DNA of 64,000 nt from Minisyncoccia bacterium (GCA_039809245.1 JBDHUP010000003.1:41069-105068); one strand, 5' to 3'. Counted from the first letter of the stretch, positions 48,499 to 58,471 are shown. Numbers and translations: made by a program. The notes: generated by a model not told the origin, from the letters alone.

Positions 48499-49572
48499 AT
48501 GGACAACATAATTAATGACAGCTGGTTACTTTTTGGACTAGCCGTTGCATGGTTTATCTCTAGCCTTTTAAAGGTAAAACCATTTAAAATTAAAAATGGT
48601 GAAACGAAAGATGGTCATCCAAAATATCAGATCGTTTCATTTTCTACAGTTATTGCATTAACAGGAGCGGTTTTATTTACTGCTTTATTCTTATCTTCAC
48701 TTGTAAATTTCCAAACTGATACTGATGGTGTAGCTTTGATTTGTTTACTTGCGTGTCTTAAATTTGTTTGGAATGGAAGTAAGCAAGTTGCATACAAAAC
48801 CCAAACCGGTTTATTTGATCTTATAAGTGGAAAACCAATAGAGACATTAAGTACTGGTATACATCTTACCGATCCGTTGTTAGAAATGGCAACAATAAGC
48901 ACTAACGGTGAACCAGATATAAGCGCTGATTTACAGGAATTGGAAATCGAAATTCCACAATTAGACTGGATTCAGTCAGCCGACAGTGGATTCCAAGTCC
49001 TTGTTAAGGAGATCAGCTTCATGATTGAGTTAGAACTCGAAGATGTTAAACAATTGTTTGATATTGAAGGTGGAGCTGAAAAGGTCAGAGACAGGATTGT
49101 TAAATTCACAAGAGATTTTTTCCGCGATGAAATCCCAGAGTTTATGGCTGAAGAGATTGACCAGGATAAAAGAGCTGTTATTGCTTTATTGGCTGACAAG
49201 TTAAAATCGGATTTGAATAAATTTTGCGAGGAAAGTCATTATCCTTACAGGATACCTGATGATTCAAAAATTATCATCGGAGATACCCAACTGGAAGATG
49301 ATTACTACGCCGCAATGAAAAAGAAAAAACTTGCCAAGCTCGAACAAAAAGCACTTGATGTTGCCGCAAAACGTACAACCAAGAGACTTCTTAAGAGAGG
49401 TAGAGAACTTCTACCTAATGGCTCAGAAGATGCACAGCTTAAAGCAGCTCAGGTTTCACTTGGAATTACTCCAAAAACAGTAGAAGAAAAAAGCTTCGCT
49501 GTTAGTGGAGACCTCTTAGGTGCTATTAAAACAGGATTAGGAAATATGAAAATACATATTTCAAAAAACTAA
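48499..49572 (+). CDS. hypothetical polytopic membrane protein (possible SPFH/band-7-like C-terminal region)
   Basis: Three N-terminal TM segments, then a coiled-coil-rich soluble region. Similarity to SPFH is weak and unverified. Confidence 0.3.
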   Translation: MDNIINDSWLLFGLAVAWFISSLLKVKPFKIKNGETKDGHPKYQIVSFSTVIALTGAVLFTALFLSSLVNFQTDTDGVALICLLACLKFVWNGSKQVAYKTQTGLFDLISGKPIETLSTGIHLTDPLLEMATISTNGEPDISADLQELEIEIPQLDWIQSADSGFQVLVKEISFMIELELEDVKQLFDIEGGAEKVRDRIVKFTRDFFRDEIPEFMAEEIDQDKRAVIALLADKLKSDLNKFCEESHYPYRIPDDSKIIIGDTQLEDDYYAAMKKKKLAKLEQKALDVAAKRTTKRLLKRGRELLPNGSEDAQLKAAQVSLGITPKTVEEKSFAVSGDLLGAIKTGLGNMKIHISKN

Positions 49573-49592
49573 TTAAATAAAATGATTAGTAA

Positions 49593-49625
49593 ATGGCCGT
49601 CTGCAATGCAGATGGCCATTTTTTA
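49593..49625 (+). terminator. bidirectional terminator between convergent genes
   Basis: atggccgtctgca-at-tgcagatggccat (one G-U pair) flanked by aaa / tttttatttt. Confidence 0.65.
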
Positions 49626-51104
49626 TTTTGGAGCTTGAATAGCCACCCAGTAATCAAAGTTCCCAGTTAATGCATCTTTTCTATAATATCGCTCTTCTAA
49701 AATTGTTTTGTCTATTACTTGCGATATCCTGCTATAACCTTTCAGTTTAGCTATTTGTATAAGTGCGTTATTAATCGCGATACTCCTTGCTGTTGAATAA
49801 TCAGAGTCTGTACCAGAGTCAATAACTCTATAGAAACTAGCATCTGATGTATAAGTATTCTTTAGAGGATTAGTCTTAGCACTTCTATGTGAAGGATTAG
49901 GAAGGGTTTGAGGTGGAGTTATATTGAGTAGATTACAGTCTGAAGAACTACCTCCATTTATCGGACCTCTTGCGTCCCACCATATATAATAATTCTTCGT
50001 TACTTTATCATACGCACTAAGTACCCCATATGGTGTAGGTAAGTTTGCTGGTGTATCTTTATCATCTAAATTGTTTTCTGATAGATAGTCTTCTCTGACT
50101 TTAACTTTTATGTCTTGAAGAGCTTGGTATTCACTTTTGGCACTAACATATATCTCTTTACGCCAACAGTAAGGACTTTCTTGGAATTTACTTGTGAATG
50201 GACTTTTTGTATAGTCTCCAATATAGTTTTCTACATTAGGCTCTCCTATATTATCTCCACCTAGTTGATTTATCTCATATACAGTGGCTGTATTTTGAGA
50301 GAATACAATAGAATCTGGAAGAATAGGTGTTGAATTTTGCACTTGCTCTAAAGTACAACTAGACACAATCGTGCCATCATCTTTTGGAGCTCTTATATCT
50401 ATCCAAGCATAGTATAATTTTGCTTTTTCATCATATAAAACTTTTGTTGCAAATATAACAGGATAGCTCTTCTTACTAGGATCTGTTTTAAGAATATTAT
50501 TCTCTACTAGATATTGACTACGAGCATTTTCTTTAACCAAACTAAGAACATCCTCACTATCACTTCCCTTACTAAACATTACTCTATTCCAGCAAGAAGA
50601 ACTTGGTTTATACTTAGGAAAAGGTGAGTTGGTAAACATTTCAGGAGTTATTTTTATGGTTGTAACGCTATCTTTTATGGTGTAATTTTGTGGTAATAAA
50701 TCACCTGTTTTAGGATCTATTCCATTCCTATCTTGAAGTTGAGCACTATTGTCAGAATTTATAAGGGTTCCATTATTTGGATCTACTTTCATTCGATCAA
50801 CAACGAAGTCACCATTATTATTTATCTTTATAGAATTCTCACCGAAAGTACTTAAGATTAACTTCATTATTCCAAAGACTGCAACCATGATAAATAATCC
50901 TATTATACCCCAGAGCATTATTGACTTACTTTTCTTATGGACTTCCTCATTGCCCGGAGAGAGCAAGTATTGAACAAGTCCATAAAGAAAATACGCCATA
51001 GCACAGGCAAACATGAAAAGTATGATAGGGTTAATTACAACCTTATCAATACTTTTCACTAGCGAAAGCACGCTAGCCTCTGCAACTGGAACAATATGAA
51101 ACAT
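49623..51104 (-). CDS. pilin-like two-helix module (VirB2/TrbC-like topology) fused to ~400 aa extracellular repeat domain
   Basis: N-terminus helix1 IILFMFACAMAYFLYGLVQYLL, loop SPGNEEVHKKSKS, helix2 IMLWGIIGLFIMVAVFGIMKLILSTFG. The C-terminal domain carries three YYxWxDxRxPxxGG-like repeats (KLYYAWIDIRAPKDDG, KNYYIWWDARGPINGG, FDYWVAIQAPK) and paired Cys. Confidence 0.5.
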   Translation of the reverse strand: MFHIVPVAEASVLSLVKSIDKVVINPIILFMFACAMAYFLYGLVQYLLSPGNEEVHKKSKSIMLWGIIGLFIMVAVFGIMKLILSTFGENSIKINNNGDFVVDRMKVDPNNGTLINSDNSAQLQDRNGIDPKTGDLLPQNYTIKDSVTTIKITPEMFTNSPFPKYKPSSSCWNRVMFSKGSDSEDVLSLVKENARSQYLVENNILKTDPSKKSYPVIFATKVLYDEKAKLYYAWIDIRAPKDDGTIVSSCTLEQVQNSTPILPDSIVFSQNTATVYEINQLGGDNIGEPNVENYIGDYTKSPFTSKFQESPYCWRKEIYVSAKSEYQALQDIKVKVREDYLSENNLDDKDTPANLPTPYGVLSAYDKVTKNYYIWWDARGPINGGSSSDCNLLNITPPQTLPNPSHRSAKTNPLKNTYTSDASFYRVIDSGTDSDYSTARSIAINNALIQIAKLKGYSRISQVIDKTILEERYYRKDALTGNFDYWVAIQAPK

Positions 51105-51115
51105 ATTAAATTATA

Positions 51116-51475
51116 TTAACAAAGTGTTTGTCCAGGACCAGGAATACAAGGGATTTCGTTACGCTGTAATTGTACAGAACCTACACCAAAGGTATTTGAT
51201 ATAACTCTTATAATACCCCAGAAAGCAATGATTACGAATAATCCGATCAAACCTTGGATGATAGCACCTCTTGCCTTCTTCTTCTTCTCTTCATCAGTAG
51301 ATACTGTATATTGGATAACACCCCAGATAAAGTACACAACTGCAAGTGTAATTAATATAGGTATAATAGTAGCCAATATTTGATTTATTTTGGTAAGGAT
51401 ACTATCTGCATCCGCTGCCAAAACAACAAAAGGAGCAAAACCAAGCGCTGCACTAAATGCAATAAATTTCTTCAT
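51116..51475 (-). CDS. secreted pilin-like protein, signal peptide + helix-loop-helix (VirB2/TrbC-like)
   Basis: Signal peptide MKKFIAFSAALGFAPFVVLA|AD. helix1 ...IIPILITLAVVYFIWGVIQYTV, loop STDEEKKKKARG, helix2 AIIQGLIGLFVIIAFWGIIRVISNTFG. C-terminal Cys pair. Confidence 0.5.
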   Translation of the reverse strand: MKKFIAFSAALGFAPFVVLAADADSILTKINQILATIIPILITLAVVYFIWGVIQYTVSTDEEKKKKARGAIIQGLIGLFVIIAFWGIIRVISNTFGVGSVQLQRNEIPCIPGPGQTLC

Positions 51476-51606
51476 ACTTTTTATCTAATTAATAATAAAT
51501 AACTTAATAATACTTTTCCCTACTCCTGCCGACCGCAGACAGTAAGATTTACACTAAATGTTACACTTATATTATATCACAAAGCTATCTTATATAGGCA
51601 ATACCT

Positions 51607-51978
51607 CTATTGTGATAACTGTGGAATAAGTGTTTTGATGCCAAATGTGTTTGTAAGGACACCAACTAGCCCCCACATACTTATCATTACAAAGAGTGTT
51701 ACCAGACCCCATATCATATAATTCTTTCCCTTTTTACGCTTTTCTTCATTATCAGCATTGAGTACATATTGAATTATCCCCCAAATAAATCCAGCTGTAG
51801 CCAGAGTAAAGAGCAGTGGAACTATAGACTTTATTATTGTACAACTAGCCCAATTAAATAAATCACCTATACTTTTCTTTGGTTCTATACTCGTACATGC
51901 AGTTGCATAATCATCCGCAAAAGCGAAAAGTGGAAATAGTCCCGAAACAATAAAAAATGAAATGATTCTCTTCTTCAT
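51607..51978 (-). CDS. secreted pilin-like protein, signal peptide + helix-loop-helix (paralogue)
   Basis: Signal peptide ...LFPLFAFA|DD. helix1 IVPLLFTLATAGFIWGIIQYVL, loop NADNEEKRKKGKN, helix2 YMIWGLVTLFVMISMWGLVGVLTNTFG. Confidence 0.5.
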   Translation of the reverse strand: MKKRIISFFIVSGLFPLFAFADDYATACTSIEPKKSIGDLFNWASCTIIKSIVPLLFTLATAGFIWGIIQYVLNADNEEKRKKGKNYMIWGLVTLFVMISMWGLVGVLTNTFGIKTLIPQLSQ

Positions 51979-51981
51979 ATA

Positions 51982-52761
51982 TTACTTCTTTTGATTAGCT
52001 TGATCTTGTGTTTTAATCTCATCGACCGTTCCTTTAATGGCATTGGCTATTACATATGAACCTAGCAACAATGCTGACCCAATCAGTGTGTAGAGTAGTG
52101 CTTTCTTTGCTTTCCCGAGCTTTTCAGAATTACCTTGAGCGGTAACAAACAGGAAGCCACAATATATAATAGCTAGCGTTATAATCGGTATACCTACAAT
52201 AAGAACAAAGTTCAAGATAGCCTCTATTAGAGATGGTATATCATTTATGCCATCGATAGGATTCTTTATGCCTGTAGTAACTTTTACACCACCAGTATTA
52301 TCAGTTCCAGCTGGAGTATTATTTGTATTATCAGTTCCAGCTGGAGTTGAATTAGTGTTATTAGTTCCAGCTGGTATTATTGGAGGTGTAGATGTCGCCT
52401 CTTTTAGAGTTCTAAAGTGCTGATTGTTTGAGTATTGTTGATTATTTGAATTTGCAGAATCAGTACTATATATAACTACCGCATAATCAGTATCAGGGGT
52501 TAAATTAGAATATGATTTCTGAACAGGTTTATTAGGTAAGATAGTAAAACTTTCATCTTTATAATATCCATCTTCCCCAGAAACAGATAGAGTTACAGGA
52601 GTAGATTCTGGTCCAGAATAAGAAACCGAAAAGTTAACTGATCTAGTGCTAGGATTTATCGAGAACGAGAAAAAGTTAGCATCAGCAAAAGAATGGTTCG
52701 CCTGAACAAAAAACAGCATTATAACAAATATGGATGTGATTATTTTCTTGATATTTTTCAT
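51982..52761 (-). CDS. secreted protein with N-terminal beta-rich domain, PAGT/N-rich repeat linker and C-terminal pilin-like helix-loop-helix module
   Basis: Signal peptide ...VQANHSFA|DA. Repeat TPAGTNNTNSTPAGTDNTNNTPAGTDNT. C-terminus helix1 LIEAILNFVLIVGIPIITLAIIYCGFLFVTA, loop QGNSEKLGKAKKA, helix2 LLYTLIGSALLLGSYVIANAI. Confidence 0.5.
   Translation of the reverse strand: MKNIKKIITSIFVIMLFFVQANHSFADANFFSFSINPSTRSVNFSVSYSGPESTPVTLSVSGEDGYYKDESFTILPNKPVQKSYSNLTPDTDYAVVIYSTDSANSNNQQYSNNQHFRTLKEATSTPPIIPAGTNNTNSTPAGTDNTNNTPAGTDNTGGVKVTTGIKNPIDGINDIPSLIEAILNFVLIVGIPIITLAIIYCGFLFVTAQGNSEKLGKAKKALLYTLIGSALLLGSYVIANAIKGTVDEIKTQDQANQKK
52287..52380. repeat. three imperfect ~30-nt tandem repeats (ttatcagttccagctggag core) inside the 51982..52761 CDS
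   Basis: The agttccagctgg core recurs at a ~30-nt period, encoding PAGT(D/N)NTN(N/S)T. Confidence 0.7.
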
Positions 52762-52783
52762 ATAATTTTAGTATTAATAATAA

Positions 52784-53200
52784 CTACTTTAAGAATGTTT
52801 CCCCTTTAAATCCAAGAGCAGAGAAAATTGTTTTAACTATGAGCCATGCTGCCAGAGCAAGAACATAACCTATGACAATATTTTTAATAATTTTCTTTGC
52901 TTTCGTAATCTTTTCTGAGCTACCACCTGAGAAAAGTAGCAGAGCTCCAGCATAACAAAGGGCTATAGCTGCTATAGGAGTCGCTAAGTAGAACAAGAGG
53001 AAGGTAATAACATTATTAATCAACTGCATAAAGTATTCAAAGTTACAAGGATGAGCAATAGAATAAGAATTGTGGCCTTGTGAATCAGTCGTGCTAACAA
53101 CCTTGCCACAATCAGGAACTATTCCAGCCGCATAAGAAACCATAAGTGGAGAGAAGAGTATCGTGAATGCTATTATAAATGTAATTATTTTCTTATACAT
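52784..53200 (-). CDS. secreted pilin-like protein, signal peptide + helix-loop-helix (paralogue)
   Basis: Signal peptide ...SPLMVSYA|AG. helix1 VITFLLFYLATPIAAIALCYAGALLLF, loop SGGSSEKITKAKKI, helix2 IKNIVIGYVLALAAWLIVKTIFSALGF. Confidence 0.5.
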   Translation of the reverse strand: MYKKIITFIIAFTILFSPLMVSYAAGIVPDCGKVVSTTDSQGHNSYSIAHPCNFEYFMQLINNVITFLLFYLATPIAAIALCYAGALLLFSGGSSEKITKAKKIIKNIVIGYVLALAAWLIVKTIFSALGFKGETFLK

Positions 53201-53203
53201 AAA

Positions 53204-54511
53204 TTATTTCTTTGTTAAAAATTCAAGTTGGGTTTGAGCCTTACTAATGGCATTATCTAGGGATAATTTATTTGATATTATGTTTTGTATTAATTCAGAG
53301 AATACTGAATCACTACCTACGCTATCTGGATCAAGCCATGTTCTAGTAATAATTGCTGAATTAAAAAATGTAAATAGGTAAGGATCAGTTGGTTTATCTG
53401 CGAGTAAGGCTTTTGAAGCTGGTGGTAGTGATACAGCTATAGCGAGATTCTTTGCTGAATCCCCTGTAGTCAATATACCTGCAACACTAAAAGCTGTTGT
53501 AAGATTTGAAGATTTTTTATTTACAGCAAGTGCATATATCTTACCGTATGTTCTTTTAGTATTTGTACCTCTGGTCTGCAGAGCTTGAGTAACATCGAAG
53601 CTTAAGTTTGGATTAACTGATTGAATTTTAAATAACTCACTAGCACTACCGATATAGAAAGCGCTTTTACCACCAGTAAATGCATCTATAGAATTTGGCA
53701 ATGCTCTGTTCCAAGAATATGCGGGTAGTGTCGGATTTGAGAACTCTGTAAAGAAATTAAGTACAGCTTCTATAGAAGATGTAGGTTTTGAAGAAGAATT
53801 GTCACTAAGAACAGAAGTGTAGCCTCCTTTGCCATTTGATGCAATTATAGGATTACCATTTTGAAGGAGCAGTGTCGCTAGTATATCTTTTGCGTGAGTA
53901 ATATTATCAAATCTACCTAAAGCTATCATACTCTGCAATATTGTACCGTCATCTTTCTTCTTCGTAAGCTGGGAGACAAGGTTAAATAATTCATCCCAAT
54001 ACTGTGGTGGCTGAACTATGCCTTCATTAGAAAGAATATCTTTATTGTAATACAAGACAATAGGATCAACGACTACTGGAAAACCTATGACTCCATCATT
54101 ATCAAGATACACTGATGACCCATCGATGAATGAATCTCTAAATGTTTTCTCTGGGTAACTTGCATAAGGGATTTTATATATAAAGTCAGAATCTTTCTGA
54201 ACCATATCAGGAGTTATAAAAAATAAATCAGGTCCCTTACCAGTAGCAAATGCTTCTATTAGATCTTGCTGGTAGTCTGATTCCTTTTTTATAACATAAC
54301 TTATAGTTAGTTCTTTGTTTGCATCTCTTGTATCATCAAAGACTTTAAATATGTTTGGGTCGTTAAAAGTACCCCAAATAACAATCTTGCCTTGTGGAGT
54401 ATTTGCTTTGTTTGAAGTCCCGCCTATTTTTAATATTCCTGAGAAAATCAAAACAGCAAATACAAAGAATGCTAAAAAGATTGCGACTAAGATTGTTTGA
54501 AAATTATTCAT
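53204..54511 (-). CDS. membrane-anchored extracellular solute-binding protein (SBP family 1-like), no adjacent permease/ATPase
   Basis: N-terminal TM anchor, about 400 aa periplasmic-binding-protein-like two-lobe region (KIVIWGTF...; YYNKDIL). Family assignment is by overall architecture only. Confidence 0.45.
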   Translation of the reverse strand: MNNFQTILVAIFLAFFVFAVLIFSGILKIGGTSNKANTPQGKIVIWGTFNDPNIFKVFDDTRDANKELTISYVIKKESDYQQDLIEAFATGKGPDLFFITPDMVQKDSDFIYKIPYASYPEKTFRDSFIDGSSVYLDNDGVIGFPVVVDPIVLYYNKDILSNEGIVQPPQYWDELFNLVSQLTKKKDDGTILQSMIALGRFDNITHAKDILATLLLQNGNPIIASNGKGGYTSVLSDNSSSKPTSSIEAVLNFFTEFSNPTLPAYSWNRALPNSIDAFTGGKSAFYIGSASELFKIQSVNPNLSFDVTQALQTRGTNTKRTYGKIYALAVNKKSSNLTTAFSVAGILTTGDSAKNLAIAVSLPPASKALLADKPTDPYLFTFFNSAIITRTWLDPDSVGSDSVFSELIQNIISNKLSLDNAISKAQTQLEFLTKK

Positions 54512-55035
54512 TACAATGTAAAAATTATACCATAATGATGGTCTGGAAATGAAATTCTGCTTGATTCCTTTAAACCTCTTTTACTAAAAAGCTCACTTGC
54601 CCTATCCTCTGTGACAACATGATTACGAGCAGGACCCATACCAGAAAAAGAATCTGTCCAGTCTATTAACATAATCTTACCATTTGATTTTAAAATACGT
54701 TTAGCTTCATCAATAAGACCTATCTTATCATCAACCTGAAATAAAATATTAGACATTATGACTACATCTATGCTTTTGTCTGCAATTTTTGTCCCACCTA
54801 GTTTTTCAACATCACCCCAAATACAACTCACATTAGAAATGCCTAGATCTTTTAGATCACTTTCAAGCTTCTTAACCATATCTTTCTGAACTTCTACAGC
54901 GTAAACTTTACCCGTAGATCCAACTTTCTTACTACAAGCTTTAGAATAAAACCCAGTTCCAGCTCCTAAATCAGCAACATACATGCCTTCATGCAATGAA
55001 AGTGAAGAAACAATTTGTTCTGGGTTTGCAAACAT
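54511..55035 (-). CDS. class I SAM-dependent methyltransferase (small, 174 aa)
   Basis: Motif I VADLGAGTGFYS, acidic motif II VYAVEV, motif III DVVIMSNIL. Confidence 0.7.
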   Translation of the reverse strand: MFANPEQIVSSLSLHEGMYVADLGAGTGFYSKACSKKVGSTGKVYAVEVQKDMVKKLESDLKDLGISNVSCIWGDVEKLGGTKIADKSIDVVIMSNILFQVDDKIGLIDEAKRILKSNGKIMLIDWTDSFSGMGPARNHVVTEDRASELFSKRGLKESSRISFPDHHYGIIFTL

Positions 55036-55055
55036 ATATCTTATTATATCATTTT

Positions 55056-57503
55056 TTACAAACAGGTAATAGAAGCAATACTGTCCCCTGCTCGCATTTT
55101 CATAATTGTCACACCTTGAGTCTGGCGGCCAGATGTAGGGATAGATTTAAGGTCAACACGTATAACTTGGCCTTTCTGTGAGACGGCAATTATTTCATTT
55201 TCATCACCAACAATTTTTGCAACGATAAGCTTACCAGTCTTTGGAGTTACTTTTGCAGTCTTAATACCTGATCCGCCACGCTTTTGAGTTTTATATTCTT
55301 TTATATTAGTTTTCTTTCCGAGACCATTTGAAGAAAGAGTAAGTAAGGCAAGAGTATTCTCTCCTTTTGGTACTCTATCTACTCCTATAATGAAGTCACC
55401 CTTACCTAGCTTCATAGCGCGCACTCCTCCAGCTTGGCGACCCATTTCACGTACATCTTGCTCTTTGAATCGTATAGATTGACCTAGAGTAGTTGCAAGC
55501 ATCACATCATCACCTTTAACTATCGCTACCACTGCTTGCAATTCATCGTCTTTAGATAAAGATATAGCTATCAAACCACTCCTTCTTACGTCTTTGAAGC
55601 TCTCTGCTGAGACTTTCTTAACAACTCCCATCTTTGTAACCATCATCAAATGTTCAACGGTTTTCTTCACCTCTTTATCTATAGGAAGTATAGAGGTAAC
55701 TTTCTCATCACCTTCGAGTGAAATGAAGTTCATTATTGATTTACCTTTTGTGGCTCTCTTACCTTCTGGAATATCATACATTTTAATCTGATAAGCTTTA
55801 CCAAGATTAGTGAAGAATAGTAAGTCGCTGTGAGTGTTTGCAGAGATAAGCATAGTGACGAAGTCTTCCTCCTTTGGCTCAATATCTATGACACCGACAC
55901 CTCCACGCTTCTGAGCGCGATATTCACTAGGATCTGTACGCTTTACATAGCCACCTTTTGTAAATACTAAGACTGATTCTTTCTCTGGGATTAGATCTTC
56001 TTCGTTTATAGCTTTAACCCCACCTTTTACTATTCGTGTTCTACGATCATCTGCATGCTTTTCTTTAATATCTTTCAATTCATCACTTATGACTTTAAGC
56101 ATCTTCTTTGGACTTGCAAGAAGAGCTTCTAGTTCTTTTATTAATTCTTGCTTTTCTTTTAATTCAAGTTCAACATTTTTGCGCTCCAAACCTGCTAGTT
56201 TCTGAAGCTTCATTTCCAAGATAGCTGTCGCTTGTAAATCAGAGAATTTAAACTCTTTCATTAAGTTAAGCTTTGCAGTTGCAGTATCTTTTGATGAACG
56301 GATGACTGTGATAACACGATCTATATGATCTAGAGCTTTCTTTAGTCCGAGTAATATATGTTCACGTTCTTTTGCTCGACGAAGATCATACTCAGTACGA
56401 CGACGGACAACTACAACACGGTGACCAATGAATTCATTGAGTAAACTCTTAAGTGATAATGTCTGTGGTACTCCGTCAACAAGAGCCACTATATTGAAGT
56501 TAAATGACTGCTCAAGCTGAGTATGTTTATATATATAGTTTAAAACTTTTTGAGGAAAGACTCCTGATTTCAAATCGATAACAATACGGATATCTTTAGT
56601 AGATTCATCTCGAAGACCTTTTACTCCTTCCAATTTCTTTTCTTGAACAAGTGCGGCGATGGCTTCAATAAGGGCAGATTTATTAACTCTATATGGAATA
56701 GAAGTAATTACAATTTGGAAAGTACCACTTTTTTGTTCAACTATTTCTGCTTCACCGCGAGTAACAACACCGCCACGACCAGTAGAGTATGCGTGCAATA
56801 AATCTGCTTGGCCATACACGATTCCCCCAATTGGAAAATCAGGACCTTTAACAAACTCCATCAGATCTTCTGTTGTTGCATCTTTGTTATCAATAAGGTG
56901 AATTGTGGCATCAATAACTTCAGATAAATTATGTGGCGGAATATTTGTCGCCATTCCAACTGCAATACCTAAAGTTCCATTTAGAAGTAAACTCGGAACA
57001 GCAGTAGGGAGAACGCTTGGTTCTTTACGTGTTTGATCATAGTTCGGACGGAAATCTACTGTCTCTTTTTCAAGATCGAGCAACAACTGAGAAGATATCT
57101 TAGCCATCTTTGCTTCCGTATAACGCATAGCTGCGGCATTGTCACCATCTATTGATCCAAAGTTACCTTGTCCGAAAATAAGTGGATAGCGATATGAGAA
57201 ATCTTGAGCCATACCTACCATAGAGTCATATACGGCGACATCTCCGTGAGGGTGGTACTTACCGAGCACATCTCCGACTACTGTTGCACTTTTACGGAAG
57301 CGACCCTGATAAGTCAAGCCCATTTCATGCATAGCATATAAAATACGTCTATGTACCGGCTTTAGTCCATCACGCACGTCAGGCAAAGCACGATCAGTAA
57401 TAACAGACATCGCGTAGTCGATGAACGATTCTTTCATTTCAGAACTTATATTTACTGAAACAACGTTTACATGTTCTTTTTTAATTTCTTCTTCTTTAGC
57501 CAT
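55056..57503 (-). CDS. gyrA: DNA gyrase subunit A
   Basis: [20 protein letters not shown], active-site region AAMRYTE, beta-pinwheel C-terminal repeats. 815 aa. Confidence 0.93.
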   Translation of the reverse strand: MAKEEEIKKEHVNVVSVNISSEMKESFIDYAMSVITDRALPDVRDGLKPVHRRILYAMHEMGLTYQGRFRKSATVVGDVLGKYHPHGDVAVYDSMVGMAQDFSYRYPLIFGQGNFGSIDGDNAAAMRYTEAKMAKISSQLLLDLEKETVDFRPNYDQTRKEPSVLPTAVPSLLLNGTLGIAVGMATNIPPHNLSEVIDATIHLIDNKDATTEDLMEFVKGPDFPIGGIVYGQADLLHAYSTGRGGVVTRGEAEIVEQKSGTFQIVITSIPYRVNKSALIEAIAALVQEKKLEGVKGLRDESTKDIRIVIDLKSGVFPQKVLNYIYKHTQLEQSFNFNIVALVDGVPQTLSLKSLLNEFIGHRVVVVRRRTEYDLRRAKEREHILLGLKKALDHIDRVITVIRSSKDTATAKLNLMKEFKFSDLQATAILEMKLQKLAGLERKNVELELKEKQELIKELEALLASPKKMLKVISDELKDIKEKHADDRRTRIVKGGVKAINEEDLIPEKESVLVFTKGGYVKRTDPSEYRAQKRGGVGVIDIEPKEEDFVTMLISANTHSDLLFFTNLGKAYQIKMYDIPEGKRATKGKSIMNFISLEGDEKVTSILPIDKEVKKTVEHLMMVTKMGVVKKVSAESFKDVRRSGLIAISLSKDDELQAVVAIVKGDDVMLATTLGQSIRFKEQDVREMGRQAGGVRAMKLGKGDFIIGVDRVPKGENTLALLTLSSNGLGKKTNIKEYKTQKRGGSGIKTAKVTPKTGKLIVAKIVGDENEIIAVSQKGQVIRVDLKSIPTSGRQTQGVTIMKMRAGDSIASITCL

Positions 57504-57504
57504 A

Positions 57505-57834
57505 TTATTGAGCGTTCGGGTATTCGACTGGAATTAAATCTATTTGTTTTTCTTCTGGTTGATCGTTGGCTTTCGGTTTTGAAATATTTCCAACACTAGC
57601 TGTTATATTATGGTAAGCACTTGAGATAGAGTTGGCAAAAAGTTTAAAAGGTTTGATAGTTGAATCAGCTTCAGCCAAGCTTTTAGCCTCTTTATTCTTT
57701 GAACTAAATCGATCGCTTAGACTATACATCCAAACAGAGCCAACGATTGTCATTGAAACTACTAATGATACAACTAATATTTGCTTTCGCTTTCCTTCAT
57801 CTTTTGATTGTAATTTTTTTATATATGAATTCAT
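57505..57834 (-). CDS. hypothetical small membrane protein
   Basis: 109 aa, one [21 protein letters not shown]. Directly upstream of gyrA. Confidence 0.35.
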   Translation of the reverse strand: MNSYIKKLQSKDEGKRKQILVVSLVVSMTIVGSVWMYSLSDRFSSKNKEAKSLAEADSTIKPFKLFANSISSAYHNITASVGNISKPKANDQPEEKQIDLIPVEYPNAQ

Positions 57835-57844
57835 AAAGATAAAA

Positions 57845-58471
57845 TTATGATGATAATACTATAACATCTCCTTCACGACCCATTAAGTCTTTTGCTTTAA
57901 CTGTTAGCTTATCTATAGGCGCGATCTTCTCTTGTCCGGCTTCCTTATTGAAAACTTTTAATGACTTCTCGTCGTACTCCATAGGGATAATAACCTTCGG
58001 TTCAAGTGACACGGCAATCTTGTAAGCTTCTCCTGGAGTCAGTAATTCTTCATTACCAACAGGAACAAATAATATATCTGGTGAACCTATTTGTTCACGA
58101 ACACTTGCACTAAGCTTATTCTCAGAAAGACACCCTAAGAAACAAAGCGATATATTATCAATAGTCATGGAGTATATGGTATTTATATATTTCTTACCAC
58201 CTATTGTGGCTTCGGTCATTATACCTTTTATAAAAATATCTTTTATCTCATAATCCCCTGGTCCATTAACTTCAAATGGAACAGTCTCTCCATGAGCAAC
58301 CATATCAAAGCCATTGTAATCTGGATGGTTAGTAGTAGAAAGAGCAATAGCAGAACCGAAACGAGAAGCTTTAGCGGCAGATTTTGAGTCTTTACTAATA
58401 GGATTAAAAGCAATAACAAGATCTCCTTGCTGAATTTTAAAGAATTGCTTACCGAAATACGTTATGATCAT
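57845..58471 (-). CDS. metallo-beta-lactamase-fold hydrolase (UPF0173-like)
   Basis: MIITYFGKQFFKIQQGDLVIAFNPIS matches the MxITyLGHsaflie...ilIDP pattern of the family. Start placed at the internal ATG at 58471. Confidence 0.55.
   Translation of the reverse strand: MIITYFGKQFFKIQQGDLVIAFNPISKDSKSAAKASRFGSAIALSTTNHPDYNGFDMVAHGETVPFEVNGPGDYEIKDIFIKGIMTEATIGGKKYINTIYSMTIDNISLCFLGCLSENKLSASVREQIGSPDILFVPVGNEELLTPGEAYKIAVSLEPKVIIPMEYDEKSLKVFNKEAGQEKIAPIDKLTVKAKDLMGREGDVIVLSS

Noticed and set aside
49623-53200. Type IV pilins / pseudopilins
   Set aside because: No short basic leader ending in Gly followed by F/M-T-L-(I/L)-E. The N-termini are ordinary Sec signal peptides with AxA cleavage sites, and each protein has two hydrophobic helices rather than one.
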